DNA of 64,000 nucleotides from Patescibacteria group bacterium (GTDB lineage Bacteria; Patescibacteriota; CPR2; UBA1875; CAIMLA01). The DNA is taken from NCBI GenBank assembly GCA_041738615.1, contig JBGSPL010000001.1:226164-290163 (forward strand). Direction: 5' to 3'. Positions 36,359 through 48,353 of this stretch are shown in pieces; positions within the stretch are counted from its first letter, which is position 1, and the number at the start of each line of letters is the position of its first letter. The translations under genes were made by a program, and so were the position numbers. The notes below the pieces were generated by a model that was given only the letters and a program-made list of their open reading frames with translations, was not told the DNA's origin and did not search any database.

Positions 36359-38599
36359 CTAACTTTCCCAAACCTTCTTTTTCCGAAAGATACGCCTACG
36401 ATTCATTACTACATAGCCAGAACCCGCCATCACTAGTAGGTAAAACAGGGCAGTGATACCAGTCTTCGGTAGAGAAGACAAGGGCGTTGAAGCTGAAGCT
36501 AGGCTAGCCACATTCGCTAGGTAAATACTGTTGTAACCTTCTGCGGAGACATCACCATATGCTAGCATGCCCTTTGAGAGATACAAATTGCCGGGTTGTG
36601 GTACGGTGGTGTTTAGGACGATGGTACCCAGAAGCGCATTGCCAGACAGGCTGAATATGTTGATCATCGAGTTACTAGCTGCCAGAGCTGCTGTAGGGCT
36701 AAAGAAATCAGCTATTTGATTCATGAACCCCCCATTGTAGCCCATCTCCTCTGGTATTTTATACTCGTCCCAGATAAGTGTATCACCTTCCAGTACTATA
36801 TTCATCGGCATATACCCTTCTTTAAGAGCAAGAGCTACTTCCCTGATTGCCCCTGTAGAAATAGTGTATATGTATATCTTGGTATCATCGTACCAGTACA
36901 CACTATCCCCCGATATTTCTGGTCTATGCTGATTACCACCCATACGGCCATATCTCGCGACTCCGGCCTTCATGGTGATCAATCTGGACTGGTCTAGATC
37001 ATAAAGCAAGAAATCGCCTGTTCCAGCTGTCACGTTATCCTCTCTAAAGGCAACGTACCTACCATCTGTGGATGTTACAGAAATGAAGTTTTCTGTAGTG
37101 TAGGGAAAGGGCGTTACCTGACCATCCGATATGCGATAAACACTAACCTCTTCGGAATTATCTAGGTTTATCTTTTCATATATAACCCTGTTCGCTCCAA
37201 CGCTTAGGCCAATGAACTTATCGTCTTTTGCTACCACGGTTCTTTGTCCAGTCTCGAGATTATATAGGGTTATACAACGATCGTCGTAGTTGTCTTGATC
37301 TGGGTTCTCTACAAGTTCTGTGTAGAGGATATATTTACTTTTATCCGTAGCGTAACCCATTGGTTGAGCGTAGCCGACTGCGGCTCCACTGATCTTCGTT
37401 TGCTGCTCAGTCTTCTTGTTATAAGCGTATATCTCATAGTATTCACCATTCCGCTTATCCTCCCAGACTACAAAGTCTCCGACCGTTTTGGCGTTTACGC
37501 GGTCTAGTGAACCAGTATTGAAGCCATAGATATTGGTCTGGCCACCTACTACTCTAGTCCAGAAGGAGTAGCCTTGCGCGAAGGTCACATGGTCGTTTGT
37601 GGAATCATTAACAGATGAGGAAACCAGTGTAGACACAATAGTTGGTGTGTTATTGGGGCCCCAGGCAAGATTAGGTGTCACTACGCGCACTCCACCCCCC
37701 AGCGTACCATCTGCATTCAATGTCTGTAGATAAGTTAACGCATCCGGGATGCTACTATTGTACTGATAACTAGGCAGAAATTCCCGGTTTCCAGTGGTTG
37801 TAATCTGCCGAATCTCATCTAGATTGAAGTTATAGTAGTAAATATCACCATTTCCAGTAGCATTACTTTCGTAGTAACCCATATATCCCACGCTTACAAA
37901 GCTCTGGACTTGAGTGGCTTTTTCTACTGGGTCGCCAGTCGTCTTATCGATAGCATACAACTTTTCATCTCTGATGTACTCGATATCCTGCCCGTTCGAG
38001 TTGTAATTAGCCTCGTAGACAACCGTATTACCGGCATCAATTACACTAGTGTTGTAATGATCGGTGACGTATTCGATTTTTACTAGATCAAACGCCTCGC
38101 CATTCGGCTGCGACACAACAACATCACAAAACATGGGATAATCAGAGTTCGCAGGATTTAGCTGATCCTCAGCCAAAACACAGAGCGGGTTACTATTACC
38201 CGTAGTAAAACTATAAAGATATATGTCATAACCTGTCGTAGAGTCTGTATATCGAGAGTAAATCACTCCGTAGAAAGAATTCACAGAATCGGAAACAAAC
38301 TTCATCGATTGAACGTCGCTACCTAGCAGCTCAGCTGGCGCCTCGGAATCTTGTATGTCGCGAACGTACATATCAGACTTATTTGTACCGTCATTATGAG
38401 CTAGGTAAACAAGTGCATTATTGTGGTATATAGGAGTATGCCCAGACTCTACGTCCTCTGCATATAACACCTCACCCGGCTTACCGGCGTAATATGGCAC
38501 TTCTTCAGATTTTACGGAGGTTTGCGCACGAACCAATAGCATTGGGATAAGGAATGCACCTAGGGCTAGAGTACTAATTACCTTTTTGTTTATCTTCAT
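36359..38599 (-). CDS. LPXTG-anchored surface protein with TolB/PD40-like beta-propeller repeats
   Basis: 746 aa. Signal peptide MKINKKVISTLALGAFLIPMLLVRAQT. Repeated DIYLY/GDIYYY/EIYAY/KIYIY blades. C-terminal LPKTG plus hydrophobic segment plus RRRIFRKKK. Confidence 0.8.
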   Translation of the reverse strand: MKINKKVISTLALGAFLIPMLLVRAQTSVKSEEVPYYAGKPGEVLYAEDVESGHTPIYHNNALVYLAHNDGTNKSDMYVRDIQDSEAPAELLGSDVQSMKFVSDSVNSFYGVIYSRYTDSTTGYDIYLYSFTTGNSNPLCVLAEDQLNPANSDYPMFCDVVVSQPNGEAFDLVKIEYVTDHYNTSVIDAGNTVVYEANYNSNGQDIEYIRDEKLYAIDKTTGDPVEKATQVQSFVSVGYMGYYESNATGNGDIYYYNFNLDEIRQITTTGNREFLPSYQYNSSIPDALTYLQTLNADGTLGGGVRVVTPNLAWGPNNTPTIVSTLVSSSVNDSTNDHVTFAQGYSFWTRVVGGQTNIYGFNTGSLDRVNAKTVGDFVVWEDKRNGEYYEIYAYNKKTEQQTKISGAAVGYAQPMGYATDKSKYILYTELVENPDQDNYDDRCITLYNLETGQRTVVAKDDKFIGLSVGANRVIYEKINLDNSEEVSVYRISDGQVTPFPYTTENFISVTSTDGRYVAFREDNVTAGTGDFLLYDLDQSRLITMKAGVARYGRMGGNQHRPEISGDSVYWYDDTKIYIYTISTGAIREVALALKEGYMPMNIVLEGDTLIWDEYKIPEEMGYNGGFMNQIADFFSPTAALAASNSMINIFSLSGNALLGTIVLNTTVPQPGNLYLSKGMLAYGDVSAEGYNSIYLANVASLASASTPLSSLPKTGITALFYLLVMAGSGYVVMNRRRIFRKKKVWES

Positions 38600-38710
38600 T
38601 TTCCCTCTCTATAAACATTAACTTACTATAATAGTAATCTATAGAGTTTCCATGTCAACAACTTTGTGTAAATTATTTGTTCAGGTAAGATTAATGTCAG
38701 CCCAGAAATA

Positions 38711-38778
38711 CAAAAAAGACCCGTTTTCACGAGTCTTCGAAAAAGTCAGGTATAGAAAAAGGACTCCTTGCGGAGTCC
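38711..38778 (-). terminator. tandem terminators after 5S rRNA
   Basis: GGACUCCGCAAGGAGUCC plus UUUUUCU, and GACUCGUGAAAACGGGUC plus UUUUUUG, on the minus strand. Confidence 0.6.
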
Positions 38779-38788
38779 TTGATCATAA

Positions 38789-38904
<116 letters not shown>

Positions 38905-39030
38905 AGTAGTGTGCATCACAAGGAGACACACTACTGTCTGGAAACTAAAAGTTTCCAGAATATAATGAATGAAAGGTACGAATTGCCAGTCAACACTTTA
39001 TACTCAGCACGAATGCCGAATATAAAGTTA

Positions 39031-42076
<3,046 letters not shown>

Positions 42077-42356
42077 TCGTTCATTTTAGCATTTGAGTAA
42101 CTCTTTGGATTTGTTGTTCTTACGAACAACGGGTCTTTTGAGTTAATTTTTTTGTCTTAACATTGCAATAATGTTATTTAATGACCGTTGACTGGCAGTT
42201 CATAACTGCCATTCGTTTACCCTATTTTCTACAAATAGATTTACTTTGGGATTTCAATCTATCTGGTATTCACTTGTCAAAGTTCATATCCCTTTCGGGT
42301 ATGTGCCTCCGAGCAAGCTCGTTGGCACGTATCCGATTGTGATTTAGGCTTTAAAA

Positions 42357-42385
42357 AAACCGCCTTGTTTGGCGGGACGTCAGCA
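42357..42385 (-). terminator. possible terminator after the AT-rich membrane-protein gene
   Basis: Minus strand CGUCCCGCCAAACAAGGCGG plus UUUUUUUAAAG. Confidence 0.4.
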
Positions 42386-42507
42386 CAATTATAACTAGAC
42401 GTTTACAGTTTCCCGCATTTCTTAGCTAAATATTGTGTTATCATCGTCCCCATCCCTATTAGTGACTTGAAAATTGTATCAAATATATCAATTGTATGCA
42501 AGTGTTT

Positions 42508-43239
42508 TTATGTGGAAATATTCATATCAGGATTTGTAACTGGATCATGTGAATTCTGAAGAAATTGAACAAACCTGTTACCTTTTTCGGTAAGGCTAAC
42601 ATTAAATCCATCATTAGCGATCAAATTAGAGCTTTGCAAGGCGTTAATGATGGCTATTCTTTCTGCGGCCTGGTTGTTAATCTCAGGAGGTAAATAAAAT
42701 GTAGCATAAAATTCTCGAAGAGAAGTATTACCTGAAAGGAACGATATTAAGGCACGCTTCGAATTCATCACCAGAAAACCATTTGCTAAATAGTAAAACT
42801 CATAACGTTCCACGTTGTTCGAACCACTAACGGCGACCGAACTTTCTGATACGCCTTCGGTTGTTCCAGCCTCAGTCTGGGTAATTGTACTTAAAGAATA
42901 CTGACGACCCGCCTTATCAACCCAAGTAAGTTTATTGGTATTTTTCAAAAAGTTTTCAATTGGCAAGGCAAATTTTGTTAGAATTATCAACATAATTGTA
43001 AAAAAGGATAGCGGCCAAGAGTTCATAACCACAATGAGTATCTCCTTGAACGATAACCATACCCGAGAATCTATACTTGTCAAAAAATCTAATATGTTCC
43101 TGCTAAACAGGAAGATAATAAACAAGAGAGTTATAGTAAATGCGGCTTTGTCTTTCATGGGTACTTTATACTCTAAATGATTAAAAATGTCTACCATGTT
43201 CCAAAAATATTCCGGACAAGTTTTTCTGCCGTGAAACAT
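42508..43239 (-). CDS. hypothetical membrane protein (AT-rich gene)
   Basis: 243-aa ORF, about 33% GC, two TM helices near the N-terminus. No motif recognised. Confidence 0.45.
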   Translation of the reverse strand: MFHGRKTCPEYFWNMVDIFNHLEYKVPMKDKAAFTITLLFIIFLFSRNILDFLTSIDSRVWLSFKEILIVVMNSWPLSFFTIMLIILTKFALPIENFLKNTNKLTWVDKAGRQYSLSTITQTEAGTTEGVSESSVAVSGSNNVERYEFYYLANGFLVMNSKRALISFLSGNTSLREFYATFYLPPEINNQAAERIAIINALQSSNLIANDGFNVSLTEKGNRFVQFLQNSHDPVTNPDMNIST

Positions 43240-43252
43240 TTTTGTTTCACAA
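43228..43252. repeat. 25-bp repeat copy 1 containing palindrome GTGAAACA-TTTT-TGTTTCAC
   Basis: GCCGTGAAACATTTTTGTTTCACAA, identical to 47695-47719. An extra GTTTCAC half-site follows at 43255-43261. Confidence 0.7.
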
Positions 43253-43352
43253 TTGTTTCACGCTACCAGGGTGTCAGCCACAATCTGTATTTTTTGCTAT
43301 CCATGCGGTATAATCACACTGTTTCTCACATATCTGCGACCTGGAGGTCATC

Positions 43353-43886
43353 ATGTACCAGAGACTTGTCCGTAGTTCGGACGTACCTATCACCGATGCG
43401 CAGAGGAAGTCGCTCGGCAACTGGGCCTTGGTCCGCTACTTCGGCTGGGGATTCGGACTCATGATCGTCCTGATACCCCTCAACTTCGTGGCCGTCCTCA
43501 TCAACCGGCTACTGGGACGAGCAATCCCTCCGAGCGGGGTTTGGTTCTACATCGGAATGATTCCATTCTGCCTGGTTTCGGCTCTCGTCGGCACCTACGC
43601 GCACTACCGCATCCGGCAGCTGCCGTGGTGGCGCGCACCCGAGCCAACTGAGACAGAGAAGGCGAGGGACACGTACCAAGACACGGCCGGTGACGTCTGG
43701 ATCGGGTTTGGTATCGCCTTCTTCGGTACAATCGCCGGTCTCTTCTCCGGCGTCTACTGGTTCTACCTCGCTATTCCTGCTGGAGCCGGCTGGAGCTGGC
43801 TTGTCTACAAGTCGGCCAAGGCGCAGTACCAGGAGTATCTGAGGTTGAAGCAGGAAGAACAACGGGTCCCCACTGCCGCTACGTAG
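43353..43886 (+). CDS. high-GC hypothetical membrane protein (4 TM)
   Basis: 177 aa, about 60% GC in a 45% GC context. SD GGAGGT 5 nt upstream. GC-rich hairpin plus T-run terminator at 43895-43960. Confidence 0.55.
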   Translation: MYQRLVRSSDVPITDAQRKSLGNWALVRYFGWGFGLMIVLIPLNFVAVLINRLLGRAIPPSGVWFYIGMIPFCLVSALVGTYAHYRIRQLPWWRAPEPTETEKARDTYQDTAGDVWIGFGIAFFGTIAGLFSGVYWFYLAIPAGAGWSWLVYKSAKAQYQEYLRLKQEEQRVPTAAT

Positions 43887-43991
43887 CGGTCAACGCGCCC
43901 AAGGCGCACGCAAGAGTACTACCGTACGACGGCGCTGCACTTTGGGCGCCTTTCGTTTTTGCCCTTACATAATCATGAGACTCCATGACCT

Positions 43992-44039
43992 TGAAATATT
44001 TACTCCCCCACATACGTATTACAATTACAGGCGTATAAT
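43992..44039 (+). promoter_or_regulatory. promoter region of ECF sigma gene: ECF-type TGAAAT-N17-CGTA plus TATAAT 6 nt before the ATG
   Basis: TGAAAT at 43992-43997 and ACGTAT about 16-17 nt downstream resemble the SigW/SigE-type TGAAAC-N16-CGTA. TATAAT at 44034-44039 leaves only 6 nt before ATG 44046 (leaderless). Confidence 0.4.
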
Positions 44040-44045
44040 CTATTT

Positions 44046-44615
44046 ATGAGCAAAGAAAAAGAAACTGATGAACAACTAGCGGTAATGCTCCAAAAAGGCA
44101 ATAAAGATGCCTTTGGGCAACTTATCGACCGCTACGAACCCGCTCTCCTGCGCTATACTCACCGCCTACTTTCTGACCAAGATGCCGCTGAGGACGTCAC
44201 ACAAGAAACTTTCCTCAAGTCCTATAGAGACATCCAGGGTTTTGATCCAAATCGAAAGTTTAGCTCGTGGCTTTATCGTATAGCCCATAACCAAGCTATA
44301 GACGCTATCCGCAAAAGGAAAGGTACGGTAATACTAGAAGAGGCAGAGAGTATCGCCTCAGAAGAAGATATACACGACGATATCCAGAACAGACTAGACA
44401 AGAAGCATCTGAGAACCAAGCTAGATACCGCTATCGCCAAGATACCCACGAAGTACCGTGAAACGGTGATACTACGCTTCTATGAAGAGAAAGAATATGA
44501 CGAGATTGCCGAGATACTCCACCTTCCTATTGGTACCGTCGGAACATATATATCTAGAGCAAAAGCAGAACTGAGAAAACAATTAACTGAAATTAATATA
44601 GAGGATTACCTATGA
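44046..44615 (+). CDS. ECF (sigma-70 family, group 4) sigma factor
   Basis: 189 aa with region 2 (DVTQETFLKSYRDIQGF...SWLYRIAHNQAIDAIRKRK) and region 4 (REKEYDEIAEILHLPIGTVGTYISRAKAELR). Confidence 0.85.
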   Translation: MSKEKETDEQLAVMLQKGNKDAFGQLIDRYEPALLRYTHRLLSDQDAAEDVTQETFLKSYRDIQGFDPNRKFSSWLYRIAHNQAIDAIRKRKGTVILEEAESIASEEDIHDDIQNRLDKKHLRTKLDTAIAKIPTKYRETVILRFYEEKEYDEIAEILHLPIGTVGTYISRAKAELRKQLTEINIEDYL

Positions 44616-45103
44616 GCGAGCTAAAGAACAAACTTTTGAAAAAAATCGAGAGCGAAGACCTGAAGATGAGGTCACGTGGCTTTTTTGTCTTTACTCGGGC
44701 CCTTATCGAGATTGCGCTAGTAGCGATATTGGTAGCTACCATATATCTAGTAAACCTAGCGATCTATTTGCCCAAACGAGGACTAGGACCCATTCGACCG
44801 CAAGCATTCCGGATAAATATGTTGCTCGATATAGTACCTTGGCACTATCTGATCTTCGGAGCTATCGGACTAGGGGTTTCTTTTTGGCTGCTATACAGGT
44901 TCACCGGAACCTACAAGAAACACTATCTAGTAATGGTGGCTGTAGTATCAATACTAGTACTATTATCTGGGGCTCTACTCGCCTTCAGCAATCTGAATGA
45001 ACGATTCGAAAACAGACCACATATGCGCGGCCTCTACATGATGGACGATCCTAGGCTTGGACCTGGCAGAGGTATGGGACCAGGATTCAACAGATTGAAA
45101 TAA
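44612..45103 (+). CDS. putative membrane anti-sigma factor (translationally coupled to the ECF sigma)
   Basis: 163 aa. Start overlaps the sigma stop (ATGA). Two TM segments. C-terminus RGMGPGFNRLK. Confidence 0.55.
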   Translation: MSELKNKLLKKIESEDLKMRSRGFFVFTRALIEIALVAILVATIYLVNLAIYLPKRGLGPIRPQAFRINMLLDIVPWHYLIFGAIGLGVSFWLLYRFTGTYKKHYLVMVAVVSILVLLSGALLAFSNLNERFENRPHMRGLYMMDDPRLGPGRGMGPGFNRLK

Positions 45104-45169
45104 ATTCCATCGGCGCACCGTATTATATATAGAGGTGCACACTCTAAAGAAACTAATCAAGGAGAGACA

Positions 45170-45676
45170 ATGAATAAGAAACAAATAATCGCCGCAACAG
45201 CCCTAATAGCTGGAATCGGTCTAGCAGGAGCCTACGGCATCCAAACAGCAAAAGCTGCTACCGACACAAATAGCTTCCCACCGATGATTCAAAAAATGGT
45301 AGAGAAATTCAATCTAAACACAGACGAGGTTTCGAAATTTGTAAACGAAGATCGAGAAGCCAGACAAACAGAACGAGAAGCTGACTTTGAGAAGAAACTT
45401 GCTGATGCAGTGACTGCCGGCAAGATCACAGAAGCTCAAAAGACAGCTGTCCTCGCCAAGCACGACGAACTGCAAACGAAGAGAGAAGCTCTAAGAGACC
45501 AGAACAAGGAAGATAGAGAAGCTCATCGTACAGAGATGCAGGCCATACACACTGAGATGCAAGATTTCCTAAAAGCCCAAGGTATCGACGAATCAGTCTT
45601 GCCTACACCAAAAGGTCCACAAGGTGGTGGAATGGGAATGGGCGGCGGCATGCACCGCGGTTTCAACCGACAATAG
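45170..45676 (+). CDS. secreted LTXXQ-motif (CpxP/Spy/ZraP-like) protein with Gly/Met-rich C-terminal tail
   Basis: Signal peptide MNKKQIIAATALIAGIGLAGAYGIQTAKA. KITEAQKTAV is LTxxQ-like. Tail GGGMGMGGGMHRGFNRQ. Confidence 0.6.
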   Translation: MNKKQIIAATALIAGIGLAGAYGIQTAKAATDTNSFPPMIQKMVEKFNLNTDEVSKFVNEDREARQTEREADFEKKLADAVTAGKITEAQKTAVLAKHDELQTKREALRDQNKEDREAHRTEMQAIHTEMQDFLKAQGIDESVLPTPKGPQGGGMGMGGGMHRGFNRQ

Positions 45677-45692
45677 GAACTGAATATACTAA

Positions 45693-45725
45693 AGAGCTCT
45701 ACGGAGCTCTTTTTTTGTGGCGAGA
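45693..45725 (+). terminator. rho-independent terminator of the sigma module
   Basis: AAAGAGCUCUACGGAGCUCUUUUUUUG. Confidence 0.75.
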
Positions 45726-45858
45726 AATTATATCAAATCTACCCGATAGGCAGAAGTTTTTTGTTAACGAGCATTATATACAAAATGTGAAAAGCCCCGC
45801 AGGGCGTTTCAGTAACGAAACGTCCTTTGGGGCGCATTAGTTGGATACGGAACAGCCT

Positions 45859-46524
45859 TTACTGTGGCTGTTCTTCTATGACTGGTAACCTGGCAGGAAG
45901 ATCCGGATTTGCCTTAAAGAACAAGGAAAGCCAGATCGCGAATGAGACAATGACGAGGATGATAAAGATCATCCCCCAAATCATGTACAGTTTGCTGTTA
46001 CGCTCTTCCCTTCTCTCTCTCGCTGCCTCCAACCTCGCGCTTTTGGCCCGGGCTGCCTTTTCGGCTGGAGTGGAGTAGTGCCAATGGGGTTGATGTGAGA
46101 TTCCTCCGCTGTAGCTACCAGCGGGAGCCGAGCCCCCACTGGTGCCACCAGAAGGAACGTAGTCTCCTCCGTAATTCCCGTAGGAACCAGACGGAGAGTA
46201 GGTAGATCCTCCACCAGCAGCCGGACTAGACGAACCGTCGGGCGGTCTATCCAGACGAGCAGCCACAGAACCAGCCACCGAAACACCGTACTCGGTACCG
46301 CTTCGGCTATCCCATGGCATTTGAGCCACATACTCCGAGTGGCCACCGGGTGAGGTTACCGAAGTGTTGCCAGCGAAGTTGGTACTGACGCTAGCAACCT
46401 CTTTGCCAACACCCCCAAGTAATCCTGGTTCGTGCACGGAGACGCTGCCATCTATCTTCTCAATGCCAACGCTCGTGACGTTGCCGAAGAAATCCTTCGT
46501 TACGGTCTTATCTCCCCATGCCAT
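45859..46524 (-). CDS. high-GC hypothetical protein, Gly/Ser/Tyr-rich with C-terminal TM anchor
   Basis: Start at ATG 46524 (MAWGDK..., SD GGAGGTG 6 nt upstream). About 60% GC. Low-complexity GGSTYSPSGSYGNYGGDY. One TM near the C-terminus. Confidence 0.5.
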   Translation of the reverse strand: MAWGDKTVTKDFFGNVTSVGIEKIDGSVSVHEPGLLGGVGKEVASVSTNFAGNTSVTSPGGHSEYVAQMPWDSRSGTEYGVSVAGSVAARLDRPPDGSSSPAAGGGSTYSPSGSYGNYGGDYVPSGGTSGGSAPAGSYSGGISHQPHWHYSTPAEKAARAKSARLEAARERREERNSKLYMIWGMIFIILVIVSFAIWLSLFFKANPDLPARLPVIEEQPQ

Positions 46525-46735
46525 CGTGAGCACCTCCAACCTTCTTGTCCAAGGAACATATAATGATTGGCGTATTTATACCACGAAAAGGAGTAAATTG
46601 CAAGTCTACAAAAGGCCATTGATCTTACCACGGACAAGATTATTCTGTTCAAAAAGGAAAACTTGTGCTAGAATGCTCGCACGTAATGATGGTATGGCCA
46701 CAAGTGGCTGATTTGACAACTAGATTGGAGCTGGC

Positions 46736-47599
46736 ATGGACACTGAACTGCTAGACGTCACTGATTTCGAGCGCATCGGTGGTGGAAAGACCAAGGACAT
46801 CTTCCTCGACCCTTCGTTCCGAGGTTACGTTCTCATCCGAAGCCGCGACGACATCAGCGCCGGAGACGGCGCCCGCAAGGACACCATGACCGGCAAGGCC
46901 GAACTCGCCACGACGACGACCGTGAACAACTTCCGCTATCTCGACTCTTGCGGCATCTTCAACCACTACGTCGCTGGGGTCGTGGACCCGGTAACCTTCC
47001 GGGCTCTCGAGTGCACACCGATTCCGATCGAGTGCGTCGCGCGCCGGTATTCGGCAGGCGGCTCGTATCCCAAGCGCGTTCCCGGCATTCCCGTCGGCCA
47101 CCGCTACGACCACCCGGTCGTCGAGATGTTCTGGAAGCAGGACGTCGGCGAGTACACCGATCCGTTCATGGTCTTCGATGCCAAGAAGGGGTTCTTCGAG
47201 CTTCACCCGGCCCAGGAGCCGACTACGGCAATGAACGTCCTGTCGACAATCGCAGCGAACGAGATCCCTGGCTTCGAGAAGTTCGCTGACCCACTCCAAC
47301 TGATCGCGACCATGGAGATGATGACCGACAGAGCCTTCTGCGCCCTCGAGAGGGCCTACAGGATGGTCGCTCTCACGGTCGTCGACATGAAGATCGAGTT
47401 CGGACTCGACAACGCGGGCGACGTCACGATCATCGACGTCATCGACGCCGACTCGTGGCGCGCCTGGGTCGACGGCGACCCGGAGAAGGCAGTCGACAAG
47501 CAGTTCTTCCGGGATCACCCGGACGAGCCGGCCGACACCTCGCTCCCCGCCTATCGCTACGTCGCCGAGAAATCCGCACAGATTCTCGAGCTGCCCTAG
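46736..47599 (+). CDS. purC: phosphoribosylaminoimidazole-succinocarboxamide (SAICAR) synthase, long form (high-GC gene)
   Basis: 287 aa with GGGKTKDIF, MTGKAELATTTTVNNFRYL, IPIECVARRYSAGGS and VVDMKIEFGLDNAGDVTIIDVIDADSWRAW. About 62% GC. Native-looking AT-rich promoter (TGCTAGAAT) upstream. Confidence 0.85.
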   Translation: MDTELLDVTDFERIGGGKTKDIFLDPSFRGYVLIRSRDDISAGDGARKDTMTGKAELATTTTVNNFRYLDSCGIFNHYVAGVVDPVTFRALECTPIPIECVARRYSAGGSYPKRVPGIPVGHRYDHPVVEMFWKQDVGEYTDPFMVFDAKKGFFELHPAQEPTTAMNVLSTIAANEIPGFEKFADPLQLIATMEMMTDRAFCALERAYRMVALTVVDMKIEFGLDNAGDVTIIDVIDADSWRAWVDGDPEKAVDKQFFRDHPDEPADTSLPAYRYVAEKSAQILELP

Positions 47600-47622
47600 C
47601 GGCATCAAGCAGCCATCACTAC

Positions 47623-47656
47623 GAAGGGGCGGTTTCCAATTGGAAACCGCCCCTTC
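47623..47656. terminator. perfect 14-bp stem terminator between convergent genes
   Basis: AAGGGGCGGTTTCC-AATT-GGAAACCGCCCCTT, followed by CTGCTTTT. Confidence 0.8.
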
Positions 47657-47694
47657 TGCTTTTATAGAGATAATAGCCTCGAATACATATAATG

Positions 47695-47719
47695 GCCGTG
47701 AAACATTTTTGTTTCACAA
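47695..47719. repeat. 25-bp repeat copy 2 (same as 43228-43252)
   Basis: GCCGTGAAACATTTTTGTTTCACAA. Lies between two terminators in a convergent intergenic region. Confidence 0.7.
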
Positions 47720-47783
47720 AAGCAAAGAGCCCACGAATTCAGATGAATCGTGGGCCCCCGCTTTGACTTGAATCTGGGTGCTG

Positions 47784-48186
47784 CTACGCGCTGAGCAGCA
47801 TCCTTGCGTCCGGGCTGTTCTGGGTGAGTATCTCGAGGACAGAGGTCGCGAGCATCGGGTCGTCGGTGACTACAGTGACGGTACCGTCGCGGCACAGAAA
47901 GAGATCGGCTACCTTGCCGTAGATCCTGAGATTCGCGTACTCGGTTGGGCCGACGTGAACCATACGCGCCTCGTACTCGGAGTCGATGACGTAGCCCTCG
48001 GCCTCCCAGTGATAGTCGATCCCGGCGACGTTGAATGCGTCCGCGATGGCATCCATGTAGCGTCGCCCGCGAAGGTTAACGTAAGCCCTAGCCCTGCCGC
48101 TAAGGAGTCCCATCAAACGACGGGGACCCCTCCCAACACTGAGCTCGAAGCCAGGTGGCAGACCATCCGTGATCGGGAAATGCATG
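47784..48186 (-). CDS. high-GC hypothetical protein
   Basis: 134 aa from ATG 48186 (MHFPITDGLPPGFE..., SD GAGGAGAG). GC3 about 75% on this strand. Hairpin plus U-rich terminator at 47724-47760. The track ORF extends upstream into AT-rich DNA. Confidence 0.5.
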
Positions 48187-48353
48187 GTAGCTCTCCTCTC
48201 ATGTGGCGAACTGGATTCCAGAATGTCAAAGCGAACCTTGAGCAAGGTGGTGACCACCTTGCTTGGGAACGTAATATCATAATACTTTTCAGCGCAAATG
48301 TCAATCCACACCCAGGTGTGCTCTGGTGATTTGCCAACCGAAGTTGGGGAGAA

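Noticed and set aside
42077-42507. 16S rRNA upstream of 23S
   Set aside because: No anti-SD tail or 16S conserved blocks. The region is AT-rich leader/promoter DNA, so the rRNA genes are unlinked.
43228-43252. Rex or CRP/FNR operator interpretation of the 25-bp repeat
   Set aside because: Half-sites GTGAA/TTCAC are present, but the spacing (10-12 nt) fits neither Rex (4) nor CRP/FNR (6).
46751-47608. 285-aa minus-strand ORF opposite purC
   Set aside because: The plus strand has unambiguous PurC motifs. The minus ORF is a high-GC shadow frame.
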